64,000 nt of DNA from an uncultured virus (IMG/VR IMGVR_UViG_3300033066_001354) (IMGVR_UViG_3300033066_001354); one strand, 5' to 3'. Shown: positions 45,447 through 55,617, counted from the stretch's first letter. A program made the numbers and translations. The notes: a model not told the origin generated them from the sequence alone.

Positions 45447-46595
45447 ATGCAAGCAACTTTTCTTTATTCGCCAGGTTCATTGCTGTACACATTTGGCCCA
45501 AGCCACCCGTACAATTCCGAGCGTCTTCGCAGGACAGTCCTGGTGTTAGAGCACTTCAAATTAAAGGGCGTTTGCGGTGCCCGTCCCGCGACTGAAGCGC
45601 AGTTAAAGTCACTTCACGGTGATGACTACATCGACATATTGATGAAAGTCTCCGAAGACCCAACATTAGACATTGGATATAGTATTGGACTGTCAAACGG
45701 CGACACTCCAGCGTTTGAAGGTATGTACGAAGCGGCTTGCAACGTCGCTGGAGGCACAATCGAGGCGGCGGAATCTGTATTGTGCGGAGACACCATTGCT
45801 TTTCATCTTGCTGGCGGGCTCCATCACTCGCAAAAGCACCGAGCAAGCGGGTTTTGTTTCATCAACGATATCGCGCTAGGCATCAATGTGTTGAAAGCCA
45901 AGTACAAACGCATTGCTTATGTGGACATCGACCTCCACCACGGAGACGGTGTTGAGGCTATCTTCCACAACGACCCGGGTGTGTTGACTGTCAGCATCCA
46001 TCAGTTTGGCAAAGGTTTTTATCCAGGAACGGGAAATTCGGACGATACTGACGACCACGGCACTGTGGTCAACATACCATTAAAGGGTGGTACTGGCGGC
46101 GACACCTGGCTGCGTGCTTTTCGAGATGGCGTCATGCCAGCTTTGGAAATATACAAACCTGAAGTCATTGTTTTACAAATGGGTGTAGACGCGCACATGA
46201 AAGACCCCCTAGGGACATTGCGCATTAGGACTCAAGACTGGTATGAGGCCGTGAAAGCCATTAGAGACTTTGGAGCACCAATCGTCGCTTTGGGCGGCGG
46301 TGGATACTTTCCAGCCAACCCGCCTCGTATGTGGACTGCGGCAGTACACATACTTTTAAACGAACCGCTGCCAGCCTCAATGCCGCAAAAACTTGTCAAC
46401 GAATGGAAAACCGCTGAATTTGATTTCATCGACCCTGACTCAAGCGCTTATTGTGACGTAATGTCAAACGTTGGAGGATGGGGCAGAGGGGACGATTTAA
46501 GAACGCCTTCAGACGCACTTAATCGCCATTTGAAAGTATTGCGGGAATCCGTGTTTGAGAGGCTGCAACATACCAGTGAAGCGTTTCCGGTATAG
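45447..46595 (+). CDS. acuC: Zn-dependent deacetylase (HDAC/AcuC family)
   Basis: HP...R, GGLHH, GFCFIND, YVDIDLHHGDG, YPGTG, GVDAH..DPL, GGGGY all intact. Confidence 0.9.
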   Translation: MQATFLYSPGSLLYTFGPSHPYNSERLRRTVLVLEHFKLKGVCGARPATEAQLKSLHGDDYIDILMKVSEDPTLDIGYSIGLSNGDTPAFEGMYEAACNVAGGTIEAAESVLCGDTIAFHLAGGLHHSQKHRASGFCFINDIALGINVLKAKYKRIAYVDIDLHHGDGVEAIFHNDPGVLTVSIHQFGKGFYPGTGNSDDTDDHGTVVNIPLKGGTGGDTWLRAFRDGVMPALEIYKPEVIVLQMGVDAHMKDPLGTLRIRTQDWYEAVKAIRDFGAPIVALGGGGYFPANPPRMWTAAVHILLNEPLPASMPQKLVNEWKTAEFDFIDPDSSAYCDVMSNVGGWGRGDDLRTPSDALNRHLKVLRESVFERLQHTSEAFPV

Positions 46596-47058
46596 CTCGG
46601 TCGATAAACAGCACGCCGTCTAAGTGGTCAATTTCGTGCTGAACCACTACAGCTTCTGTGTCTGACAGGTTCAAAACGGTTTCCTTGCCGTGCGGCGAAA
46701 CACCAGTCACAACAATGTTTTTATACCTTTTTACGTCTCCCCACAACCCGGGGATGCTTAAACAACCCTCTTCTCCACAATACTCGCCAGAAGCCTCTTG
46801 TACGGTCGGGTTTATCAACACGAAACGAGTGTCGCGCCTGACCATTATCACTCGTTTACTGACACCAATCTGAGGAGCGGCAAGTCCTACACCTTTTGTA
46901 TCTCGCAATACAGAAGACATTTTTTCGATTAATTTCGATACTTCACTAATGTTTTCCACTGGCAACGCCGTTTGTCGCAAAACAGTGTCTGGATATTTGA
47001 CTATTCCGTTCTTGACTTTAAACAGAGACGCGAACGATTTATCAACGACGACTTCCAT
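46519..47058 (-). CDS. def: Peptide deformylase
   Basis: GVGLAAPQIG, EGCLS, QHEIDHLDG. Confidence 0.95.
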   Translation of the reverse strand: MEVVVDKSFASLFKVKNGIVKYPDTVLRQTALPVENISEVSKLIEKMSSVLRDTKGVGLAAPQIGVSKRVIMVRRDTRFVLINPTVQEASGEYCGEEGCLSIPGLWGDVKRYKNIVVTGVSPHGKETVLNLSDTEAVVVQHEIDHLDGVLFIDRAIPETLHWYVAASQTRIPAILSNGD

Positions 47059-47076
47059 TGACTGTATTATACCGCG

Positions 47077-47406
47077 TCAAACTTTGACAGCAAGCGGGAA
47101 GACATAATTGTCTTGCTTGAGCCGCTCACGGACAATTTTTTCCAACAGAGCCTGACGGTACATCGGAGAACAATCGAAAGAGCCTTCTTCTAAATTTGGC
47201 GCAGGATGTCCCAGGACGACGTGGCGAGCATAACTGCCGCAGAACACAGCTTCAGCACCTGTGAGACTTTGACCGTAATAACGCATCACGTCATAATTTT
47301 TAGCGTCTCCCTGCGCCCTGTCAACAACTTCAAGCCACTTTGCAAATTTGGGCGCAAAGTCACTAAGCGGAGACAAGTCTTCAAGTTCGAACAATTCTTT
47401 GTTCAT
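47077..47406 (-). CDS. Hypothetical protein
   Basis: Likely start MNKELFE at 47406. Confidence 0.55.
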   Translation of the reverse strand: MNKELFELEDLSPLSDFAPKFAKWLEVVDRAQGDAKNYDVMRYYGQSLTGAEAVFCGSYARHVVLGHPAPNLEEGSFDCSPMYRQALLEKIVRERLKQDNYVFPLAVKV

Positions 47407-47447
47407 GTTATTGTTTTCGTGTGTTCGGGGTACAATCAGCACACTTT

Positions 47448-47909
47448 ATGGAAAACAACATCGAATCCGCACAGCACACGATGGTGAGGAACAAGGATGG
47501 CAAGCCTGAATATGTCAAATTGGACTCTCCAGCCACAGTGGTATATAACAGTCTTTTGTTCGTCATCAAGCATACTCCAGTGCTTGAAAACGTTCCCGGA
47601 ATTTGTCCCGAGTCTTTTTTCAACAAAGAAATGGAAGGCGGTGCGAACGGTTACTTCAAATTTTGCAACGATTTTTACAAAGAAATAGAGCGGAACAACG
47701 CCTCAATTTCTTGGAACGTCGGAGACATTGTTCCGTTCGAGACTGCAAGAATCACTGACGAATGGGTGGACGCCAAGGTGGACTCAGCCTGGAGATATGT
47801 AAGGGCTCCTAGAGCAAACGTCGTCATGTTGTGTCCCAACCCGATTATTGAACACGACAACAAACAATTAAGCAGTTACGAATTTTGGGCACCAAGGAAA
47901 GCAGTATAA
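47448..47909 (+). CDS. Hypothetical protein
   Basis: ORF from ATG 47448. Confidence 0.6.
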   Translation: MENNIESAQHTMVRNKDGKPEYVKLDSPATVVYNSLLFVIKHTPVLENVPGICPESFFNKEMEGGANGYFKFCNDFYKEIERNNASISWNVGDIVPFETARITDEWVDAKVDSAWRYVRAPRANVVMLCPNPIIEHDNKQLSSYEFWAPRKAV

Positions 47910-47994
47910 AGCGATGACATATGATGCTTGAATTTTGGAGCGGAGACGTACTTGTGCCAAAGGCTTCTTTAACAAAAAGAAATTGACCTCTGAA

Positions 47995-48249
47995 TCAGTA
48001 AAAGAAAGGAAACCTAGCTTTCAAATAATTGTCGAAGTTCAAAATCATTTGGTCAATGTTCGTGACGAAGTAGAAAGTCGAACCAGCCGTCAGAGACACC
48101 AGCCATGCTTCTGACAAGTCCTGATGGAACAAATTTGTCCCCACCCATTTTGCGCAAGCAAGCGTGAGTAGAATCAAAATGCTCACCAATACATACTTGG
48201 TGTTGTAAGCCGCCGAAAATATCAACTTGTCCTTGAAAGACTGTTTCAT
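47995..48249 (-). CDS. Small two-TM membrane protein
   Basis: Two hydrophobic stretches. Confidence 0.5.
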   Translation of the reverse strand: MKQSFKDKLIFSAAYNTKYVLVSILILLTLACAKWVGTNLFHQDLSEAWLVSLTAGSTFYFVTNIDQMILNFDNYLKARFPFFY

Positions 48250-48300
48250 GTGTATTTTGTACACCTAAACTTACTTTTAGAAAGCAGGTATAATCACAGA

Positions 48301-48591
48301 ATGTCTTTTGTAGAACAACATAGTCGCTCATTAGTCAATGTCCCGCTCGGTTGGCTTAATTCAGCTAGATGTGCCTTTCGTCATGCTTGTGAATACGAGG
48401 GTATTGACCCAGAATCTAAATTTGTAGTTTTTTCAGAAGAAAACCCCTATGCTAAGTTCATCGACAAGGCGATGGAAAAATATTGGGAAACTACATCAGA
48501 AGCCCTGGTGTTTGGTTATGTAGGACTGGAGATGCACGCTTCAAAAAAGAAAAAAGGTCTTTTGCCTAAACAAAAATCCGTCAAGCTTTAA
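48301..48591 (+). CDS. Hypothetical protein
   Basis: TATAAT 6 nt before ATG 48301; basic C-terminus. Confidence 0.6.
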   Translation: MSFVEQHSRSLVNVPLGWLNSARCAFRHACEYEGIDPESKFVVFSEENPYAKFIDKAMEKYWETTSEALVFGYVGLEMHASKKKKGLLPKQKSVKL

Positions 48592-48593
48592 TA

Positions 48594-49013
48594 TCAAGCG
48601 CAAATATATTCGGCAAGTTTGTGCAAAAGCCATCCGGCAAAACGAGAGCCGTGGACTTTAGGGTCGTAGCCGACGCTCATAGCCGCTTTCACCAGAGCAT
48701 AACCTTCAAGCGGGTGACACACCAATTCTTTCTCAAGCACAACCACCTGTTCGTAGAATTTAGTTTCGTTTTCTTTGTAAACTTCGTCTGGTATAGCTTC
48801 TATTTCATCGTCTGACATTTCAAAGCACATGTCTAGGACTGGAGTGGCAGTGATGACAAACGTCGGGTCGTTGCTTTTCACAAGCCCCAAAGCGCCCTTA
48901 GGCCACTTGTCTGGCACATTGTCGTTCATGGAACGCATCAACAAAAAACCCGGCAAGAACTCGTCCTCTCCGTCAACGACGTATACAGCCTCAGTGGTGC
49001 ATTGTAGACACAT
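48594..49013 (-). CDS. Hypothetical protein (N-terminal CxxC)
   Basis: 139 aa; TATACT 6 nt before the ATG. Confidence 0.65.
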   Translation of the reverse strand: MCLQCTTEAVYVVDGEDEFLPGFLLMRSMNDNVPDKWPKGALGLVKSNDPTFVITATPVLDMCFEMSDDEIEAIPDEVYKENETKFYEQVVVLEKELVCHPLEGYALVKAAMSVGYDPKVHGSRFAGWLLHKLAEYICA

Positions 49014-49037
49014 GTTGTAAGTATACCATAGTAAGAA

Positions 49038-49232
49038 CTATATCTTCTTAAACTTAGCTTCGCATTCAGATTTTGTCAAAAACCAGGCAATTGTGAAAAC
49101 ACCATTACAATGAAGACAAATAAATTGTCCGTATCTACAATTGAAGCTCGGTTTTTTATGTATCTGAAAGTCAGGACAATAACAAAATGGACATGTACTT
49201 ATAGGAATTGAGTTTTTGATTGATTCGCTCAT
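49038..49232 (-). CDS. Small zinc-ribbon protein
   Basis: CPFC...CLHC; ATGA overlap with the upstream gene. Confidence 0.55.
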   Translation of the reverse strand: MSESIKNSIPISTCPFCYCPDFQIHKKPSFNCRYGQFICLHCNGVFTIAWFLTKSECEAKFKKI

Positions 49233-49657
49233 GCTTCGTCATGCTTTCTAAGATTTTGTTCATGAAGCTTGGAGTATGCTTCTTCATAAGTAAGTCCACT
49301 AGTGACAATTTCTTCTTGGACTTCAGCTTCTGTCGGAGACACTAGGCTTCCCCGCCCAGTCATCATAGCAATCGTTGCACTATAAGGCGTCGAAAGCACT
49401 AAATCGCGCAGAGCTTTCTTTAATGCTTGTTTTCCTTCTTCGGAAAAAGCCTCTTCGATAATAGCATCTCGTTGGCGATTTTTCTTTTCGTCGTACCATT
49501 GTAACGCTCCACGCCAGGAGTCAGCTTGTCGTTTTTCGTCAGAAAGAATTTCATTGATAGCCTCAAACCTTTTTTTTCTGTCTTCTTCACTTAAGACGAC
49601 ATCGCTCAGCATAAGTCCGTCAACAATGTCTTGGTTAATTTCTTCGTGTTCGCTCAT
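49229..49657 (-). CDS. Hypothetical protein
   Basis: 142 aa in a tight operon. Confidence 0.65.
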   Translation of the reverse strand: MSEHEEINQDIVDGLMLSDVVLSEEDRKKRFEAINEILSDEKRQADSWRGALQWYDEKKNRQRDAIIEEAFSEEGKQALKKALRDLVLSTPYSATIAMMTGRGSLVSPTEAEVQEEIVTSGLTYEEAYSKLHEQNLRKHDEA

Positions 49658-49658
49658 G

Positions 49659-49862
49659 TTACTCTTTTACAGTTTCTAGTGCATTGTCTGGCACTTCAAA
49701 AAATGGAATTTCTCCGTCGATGCTACAAGCAGTCCCCTCGTCTGTGACACACCCATATGTACATCCAGTATAACGGTAGACGATTTTTCCTTTCCGCAAA
49801 GGTTTATCGAGCCACGGACACTCTTTCGTAGTGACCGTGCGAGTCAGTCTATATTTAGTCAT
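49659..49862 (-). CDS. Hypothetical protein
   Basis: 67 aa in a tight operon. Confidence 0.6.
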   Translation of the reverse strand: MTKYRLTRTVTTKECPWLDKPLRKGKIVYRYTGCTYGCVTDEGTACSIDGEIPFFEVPDNALETVKE

Positions 49863-49863
49863 G

Positions 49864-50385
49864 TTATTTTCTCATGATAACCACACACCAGGGATTACCT
49901 CCTCGTTGTGCTACAGTAATGGTAAAACCTTTAAATTCTAAAACTGAACGAACTAAATGTAATGCATCCAGATATTCTGGTTTAATCCAAGCATAGATAT
50001 TATAGTAACCGTCTTCCGGCTTGTACTCTGGTTGAAATAATTCTATGAAGTCATTTGGATTGAACGCATGAGCCATTTTTTGGTCGGGATTGTGTTTTAA
50101 TTCTTCAATAGCCGTGTGTGTAATGTTAAGTAAGTCATCATATGCTTTTAGACCCATCAAGCTCAGTTCTTTTGGTGTATTTACAGTTATTGATGATATG
50201 AGTCCAAATGGAATAATAGATTTCTCATCCCAACTGCCATACCAAAAACGAGCCTCGCCTTCTGGAGAAGTATCAACAACAACAAACCTGTTGTCTTCTT
50301 TATCAATTACTTCGACACGATGATTCTCTGGGACAACGGGCTGTATTTGTAACCTAATACACTTTTCTATCTCTTTATCATTCAT
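49864..50385 (-). CDS. Hypothetical protein
   Basis: Start moved to 50385, 7 nt after TATAAT. Confidence 0.6.
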   Translation of the reverse strand: MNDKEIEKCIRLQIQPVVPENHRVEVIDKEDNRFVVVDTSPEGEARFWYGSWDEKSIIPFGLISSITVNTPKELSLMGLKAYDDLLNITHTAIEELKHNPDQKMAHAFNPNDFIELFQPEYKPEDGYYNIYAWIKPEYLDALHLVRSVLEFKGFTITVAQRGGNPWCVVIMRK

Positions 50386-50393
50386 CTTGTTCA

Positions 50394-51857
50394 TTATACC
50401 ATGCTTGACTCTTTCCACCAAGCCTCTTCTTCTTTCCACGTCCTGTTCAGAACAATGTCCATATATCTGCTTTTGGTCAACGCATGTTTTTCGTAAGCCG
50501 CTTTTCCCCGAACTCCGTCAGAGTAGTCTTGTCTGATTTCTTTAATTTTTTCAGAAGTGAGCCCTGTGCGCGATACTTCTGGCAAGTCATATTTCTTCGA
50601 CTCTTTTCTTCCTTGTTTCGTCGCTTCTTCCATCGACATTCCGTCTCGAAGCCTTCTGTCCAACGTTGGTTTGGGAATACCGCAGCTTTCTGAAATCAGG
50701 GTCAAAGTCATTTGTTGTCCGTTGTACTCATAAAACTTAGTCACTCTCTGGCTTTTTTGTGGAGCCAGATAATTGTCGTCTTGCCAGCTTCTTCCAGAAA
50801 TAATATCATTCACAATGTTGATACTGACTTCAAGCGCTTCAGCGACTTCTTTGTTCGTCATTTCTGTCGCTGACTTTAGGTCACGAATTTCTTTCACGTT
50901 AGCCCAAGAAAGTGTCGCTCGGTTGGAAGGGATTTCAGGTGCGTGGTTGACAGACTCTACTTCGCCAGATGGGATTGTAAGTGCGTCTTCAGGGTTCATC
51001 TGTGATTTGACGATGCGGTGATAGAGAGTATGCCTTGATACGACGCACCTTGGGTCGGAAGCCCAGTCACTGATACTTTTCTCTTCATCAAAAATATCAA
51101 CAAGCCATTTTTCTATGCTTTTCTCTGTAAAAATGGTGACATCGTTTTGTCTAAGGGAAGCATCGTCAATGTTGCGATAGAAGTCTTTGTAAATAGAGTA
51201 TTTTCGCTTTAGACGCGTCTCTGGTGTACTGCCTTCGTACATCCAGTCCATCATCTTTTTTACGGTCGCTGCGCCTGAATAAACAAGCTGATAATAAGTC
51301 CCGCCCTTCACCTTTACTGGACGCATATAGCCGTAAGGTTTGCCGATGACAGGCTCTAACGCTTCTTTGAGTCCCAGGAGATATTGCTCAGGGCCGCAGA
51401 AGTTCACGCCAATGTACTTACTTTTTTGGGAAGGGTGTTTGATGAGGTGGATACTACCGTCTCCGTCAAAAAAACCACGAACGTAATGATGAAGAAATTC
51501 TTCAGGATAGTCAGTTGGCCATTCCGCTGTCCAAGACTTTCTCGGGTGGACATGAAGCCGCATGAGGTCTTGGGCAATTTGAACGGAATTTACCAAAAGA
51601 GTGCTTTGCTCTCCACTAATATATTTCCCAGTCTGCTTAGGCTCTGAAATTACCAAAGGGCGGTTACTACCAATCATGTCATTAAATGATTTTAAGATAT
51701 GTTGGTCTTTTGAATGCAAACCAATAGAAAGGCGGTAGGTGTTTATCCCTGTCGTGTATTTGTATAGGCATCCGTCCGCAGCAATAAAGCCCAGCATGTA
51801 CGCCATTTCAGGAGTCCAAATAGAAAAGAAACTTTCGTTCAATGTGTATTTTCGCAT
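50394..51857 (-). mobile_element. Free-standing LAGLIDADG homing endonuclease with C-terminal HTH-like repeats
   Basis: YMLGFIAADG and YVRGFFDGDGS; LKRK; repeated V.EIR...I...RSW / I.EIR...I...RTW modules. Confidence 0.85.
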
Positions 51858-51914
51858 GATAGTTCTATTATACACTATTTTTGATAATATATATCAACAA
51901 AATATTCTGGTAAC

Positions 51915-51943
51915 AAAAAATCCCTGATTTCTCAGGGATTTTA
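51915..51943 (-). terminator. Intrinsic terminator after the major capsid gene
   Basis: AAAATCCCTGA-gaaa-TCAGGGATTTTTT. Confidence 0.8.
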
Positions 51944-51973
51944 AGTTCATTTAGTTAGATTTACTAACCAAAC

Positions 51974-52834
51974 TTAGCTAACGATGATACGGCTAATTGC
52001 GTAATCGTTGATGACTCCAAAGCCAACCTCTTCGAAAACTACCCAACCAAGTCGGAGTTTCTTAGGGTCGTCAGCAGGCAAGACAGTGATGTCTTGTCGG
52101 ACTGGCATAGCTCCCACGAACTGAGCCGGAGCCAGAACGTAGACAGCGTTTTTCGGAACCATCGTGGACACGTGAATGTCCGCGCTGTAGATGTGACCGT
52201 ACAGACCAGTCATCAAGATGTCTCGCTGAGTTGCCTCGTCGAAGAAATCTTTGCCCCAGTCTCGGACATCTTTGTAGCGCTGTGGGTGCATAATGACCTT
52301 AGCGCCAATCAACTCGTGCTCTTCAATAAGAGTCAAGGCGAGGTTGATGTTTTCTGGTTGCAACGTACCGCTAACGGCGATGCTGTGGTCAGTGGGAACA
52401 GCCGCGTTGATAACTTTGAAAACTTCAACGTCTTCCTGTCGCTGGATACTGTCTTTTGCACGAACCTGGGCTCGGTCAACGATGTAGTACCTTCGCTGGT
52501 TGATTTCGTTGATTTTGATTGTCGGGTTGGTAGCAAGCTCGACAACGGGGATGAGAAGCTCTTCAGCTTCCACCACGTGGGTTGGAACTTGACCACGTTT
52601 TGGAATGACATATGACTTCACAGCCACATCTCTTTCGTAACGAGGAAGCGCACCCTGTGGCAATTCGTCCACCATGAGTAGTTTGCGTCCAATAGCTTGA
52701 TACATCAAGCTGGTCTTGATTGGTTCGACCATTGCTTGCGCAAGGGCGACACGTCCATCGGCAGAGTCAAGGGCCATCGCCATGATGGCTTCCCTCTGCT
52801 CGTTGGTGTTTCGGTTGTTTCTTACCATGCTCAT
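51974..52834 (-). CDS. Major capsid protein (HK97 fold)
   Basis: 286 aa; gene order portal-protease-scaffold-decoration-MCP; doubled AGGAGACT RBS; terminator; MHP..Y.D.R and G.IY...I.VS patterns. Confidence 0.85.
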   Translation of the reverse strand: MSMVRNNRNTNEQREAIMAMALDSADGRVALAQAMVEPIKTSLMYQAIGRKLLMVDELPQGALPRYERDVAVKSYVIPKRGQVPTHVVEAEELLIPVVELATNPTIKINEINQRRYYIVDRAQVRAKDSIQRQEDVEVFKVINAAVPTDHSIAVSGTLQPENINLALTLIEEHELIGAKVIMHPQRYKDVRDWGKDFFDEATQRDILMTGLYGHIYSADIHVSTMVPKNAVYVLAPAQFVGAMPVRQDITVLPADDPKKLRLGWVVFEEVGFGVINDYAISRIIVS

Positions 52835-52866
52835 TTCTTTAAGTCTCCTTAGTCTCCTAGTTCAGC

Positions 52867-53571
52867 TTATGACCTGTTCGTCAAAGCGAGGTTGTCGATA
52901 GCCTGAAGCTGAGTGAAGTAGAGTAGACCAGCGGTCGCGTCGTACTTGTCGCAGCGTGCGACTGGGATACCGTCAACAGCCAACTGAGTTGGGTCAACAG
53001 CGACCAATTTGCCAGCGTTCGCACCAGCGCCAAAAGTCAAGAAGTCTCCTGGCAAGAAGGTGTATGGGGTGGTGTCGTCAGTCGTTTTAGTTGCTGTGAT
53101 GACAGCTACAAATCGGTCAGTGACAAACTGGCCAGACGGGGAGGTGAAAACACCGATACCGCGTCGTGGGCCTTGGTAGCCAGTAGAACCGCTTGTTGGG
53201 TCTGTTACATTAGTGACAAGCTCGTCCATGTAGTCGCCCAAAGCTCGTTTCGCAACAGCATAGAAGCCGTTGTTAGAAGCTGTGAACGTGCTACCGTCTG
53301 AACTGACGACAGTTGAACCAACTGGGTCAGGCAGAATCATGGTTGCGCCAGTGCGGGCATGGTCGTCAGCAGCGAATCCGACAAAAGTGCCAGAATCGTG
53401 GCCGAAAGCTCCAGTGCCAGAGTTGTAAGCCGTTACCGACAATGCACGGTCTGCAACAATGCAGAGTCCAGTGTACGGGCTTCGGACTAAGCAGTCTCCT
53501 GCCAAGCAGGTGACGGATTTGCTCATTTCAAAGTTGCCCTGAATGAGTTCTTGTAGTGGTCGAATAGCCAT
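52867..53571 (-). CDS. Capsid decoration/cement protein
   Basis: Directly upstream of MCP; G/A/T-rich beta protein; AGGAGG RBS. Confidence 0.6.
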   Translation of the reverse strand: MAIRPLQELIQGNFEMSKSVTCLAGDCLVRSPYTGLCIVADRALSVTAYNSGTGAFGHDSGTFVGFAADDHARTGATMILPDPVGSTVVSSDGSTFTASNNGFYAVAKRALGDYMDELVTNVTDPTSGSTGYQGPRRGIGVFTSPSGQFVTDRFVAVITATKTTDDTTPYTFLPGDFLTFGAGANAGKLVAVDPTQLAVDGIPVARCDKYDATAGLLYFTQLQAIDNLALTNRS

Positions 53572-53609
53572 TTTGTTTGTTTCCTCCTAGAGATTGAATC
53601 CGAAACCGA

Positions 53610-55448
53610 TTAAGAGTCCTCGTATTTCGGCATGAGAATGCTGCGAAGAGCCTCTCGTAAGTCATTGGGCGCTTCGTTTGCCTGCGAATTCGCAGCGAAG
53701 GCACCGGGGTTCAAAGAGACGTTCGCGGTTCGAACGTTACGACCTTCTGAGAAGCTTGAAGCAACTCTTTCAGCCGCTGACGAAGCGGATTTCAGCATCA
53801 ACTTGCCTTGAGAAGCCATAGTAGCTGGGCTGAGGTTGTCTGACAACCACATGTCCACGTTACTGTCCACCTCATTTGGTTCAAGGACACCGGCCAAAGC
53901 CAACTTGTAACTTACTGAGTAAGCAGTTTTTACGCGGGCGTGGAACAATGCCATTGCTTTTCGCGAAGACTCATCGTCTTCGTGTGGTTTACGTGTAAAG
54001 CCGTCGCCGTTTGGCTGTTTTACGCTTGGGTTGGTACCTTTTGCTTCTTCAGCGTCTTTCTTGGCGTCGATTTCAATAGTCACACCACTGTCTGCCTCGA
54101 CACTTGCTGTAGCGACCCCTGCGCAAACTGGGCAATAACCCTCTCGTTCGCAATCTTCGCAAGCAGCGATGACTGTTTTACAATCGTTGCACTCCAGTTG
54201 GTTCACAGCCCTCAAGTCAGGGTTGTTGCAACCACTGCACTCGACGATTCTTTCTGCGACAGTCGTTTTGCGGTTGCCAGTGGTTTCTGGCATTTGTGTC
54301 GGAACAGTGTATTCGTCCATTCGGTCGGGGTCTGAAGACGGAATTTTGTCGAGTTTGTTGAAATCAACTGTGTACTCAAGTCCACCGTCAGTGCCGCCTT
54401 CTTTTTTGACAACTTCATATCCGCTCTTAAGCTGCAAATTGTCAGCGTTATTGGTTGGAATAGGTTGTTTGTTGAACGAAGGATTCTGGTCGCGAAGGCT
54501 GTTGCCTTCAGAATTCTGTTTTGTGTTCGTGGGTCGGTCGTCCTCCCCTTTGTACTGTGCGTCACCCGCGTAGCTGAACGGCTTTCCACCTTCGGACGTG
54601 TCTTTTCCAAGACCGATGTCTTTGGGTTTTGTTTCGTCTTCAGCAGTAACCGTGCGGGTGGCGTTCGTGCCAGCAAGAATTGCTGCACGCTCATTTTTAC
54701 GAGCTAATAGCTGTTTTGCATCCATTGGATTTTCCACCTCTTCTTTCATTTTTAGCGGGTCTTCAACCGCAAGTTCCGCGTCGTCCATTGGGAAGGCTTC
54801 TTCCTTAACGGGCATCGCGTCGTTGTCTTCAGCGTTCATACCGCCACCGAAATGTTCGTCCAACAACTGCTGGACTGCATCAATTTCACTTGCGGGCACT
54901 TCAATTTGAATTAAAGCTGTTTCGCCTTTTCCTTCGTTTACTTCGCCTAAATCTGTATTAAAATTGTCATCTTCGGACTGAGCGTCCATATCTTCGATGG
55001 CGTCCGCGACTTCTGGTTTGTGCATTTCGGGGGTCTCACCCTCGATAGCCTCTTCTTCAGAGTCGGGAATGTGACCGTGCTCAGCAATTTCGTCTTCAAT
55101 AGACTCGTCGCTCGGCAAGATGCCACCAGTGTCTTTGTCTTCTTCGTCTTCGTCTTTTTTGGCTTTTGCGAAGTCAGTAGTCTTCATTCCACCATGAAGA
55201 CCCATCACTCCCATAGCGTCCTCTTCGTCAATACCCATTTCATGGGCGATTCGAGGAAGGGCTTGAGCACGATAGGCCGCAGCAACCACTCTCGCTTCCG
55301 CAGGGCTAAGTCCAGCGTTTTTGACTAAATCATTCACGCAGGTTTCCATGTCGGTAGCGTCAGTAGCACTTAAAATGTCACGGAATTCAGCCAATCGCAT
55401 TGACTTCTTAACCGCTTCACGGTGGGCGCTTGTATTTTGAGTTTTCAT
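53610..55448 (-). CDS. Scaffold-like head protein (acidic, Zn-finger)
   Basis: Between protease and decoration genes; E/D-rich; CxxC cluster; several [KR]TA sites. Confidence 0.6.
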   Translation of the reverse strand: MKTQNTSAHREAVKKSMRLAEFRDILSATDATDMETCVNDLVKNAGLSPAEARVVAAAYRAQALPRIAHEMGIDEEDAMGVMGLHGGMKTTDFAKAKKDEDEEDKDTGGILPSDESIEDEIAEHGHIPDSEEEAIEGETPEMHKPEVADAIEDMDAQSEDDNFNTDLGEVNEGKGETALIQIEVPASEIDAVQQLLDEHFGGGMNAEDNDAMPVKEEAFPMDDAELAVEDPLKMKEEVENPMDAKQLLARKNERAAILAGTNATRTVTAEDETKPKDIGLGKDTSEGGKPFSYAGDAQYKGEDDRPTNTKQNSEGNSLRDQNPSFNKQPIPTNNADNLQLKSGYEVVKKEGGTDGGLEYTVDFNKLDKIPSSDPDRMDEYTVPTQMPETTGNRKTTVAERIVECSGCNNPDLRAVNQLECNDCKTVIAACEDCEREGYCPVCAGVATASVEADSGVTIEIDAKKDAEEAKGTNPSVKQPNGDGFTRKPHEDDESSRKAMALFHARVKTAYSVSYKLALAGVLEPNEVDSNVDMWLSDNLSPATMASQGKLMLKSASSAAERVASSFSEGRNVRTANVSLNPGAFAANSQANEAPNDLREALRSILMPKYEDS

Positions 55449-55502
55449 TTACTGACTTGCTCCCTTGATGCGACAGTAAAATTTGTCGCAACAATCCTAC
55501 AC

Positions 55503-55527
55503 TTCTAAATCTTTTTGCTTTTGACCT
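55503..55527 (-). promoter_or_regulatory. Putative late promoter AGG-N19-GAA
   Basis: AGG TCAAAAGCAAAAAGATTTA GAA. Confidence 0.65.
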
Positions 55528-55568
55528 GCAAAGAACGGAATATTTGTCAAAAAAACCTTATCTTGAAC

Positions 55569-55600
55569 TAAAAAAGCCCCTGGAATTAACTTCCAGGGGC
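55569..55600 (-). terminator. Intrinsic terminator after the protease gene
   Basis: GCCCCTGGAA-gttaa-TTCCAGGGGC-TTTTTT. Confidence 0.8.
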
Positions 55601-55617
55601 CGGGTAACGGTCGGGGC

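Noticed and set aside
50394..51857. Intein or group I intron around the LAGLIDADG ORF
   Set aside because: No splice-junction residues are visible, the flanking genes look complete, and there is no room for an intron core.
51974..52834. Encapsulin nanocompartment
   Set aside because: The HK97-like gene sits in a portal-protease-scaffold head operon with tail genes nearby.
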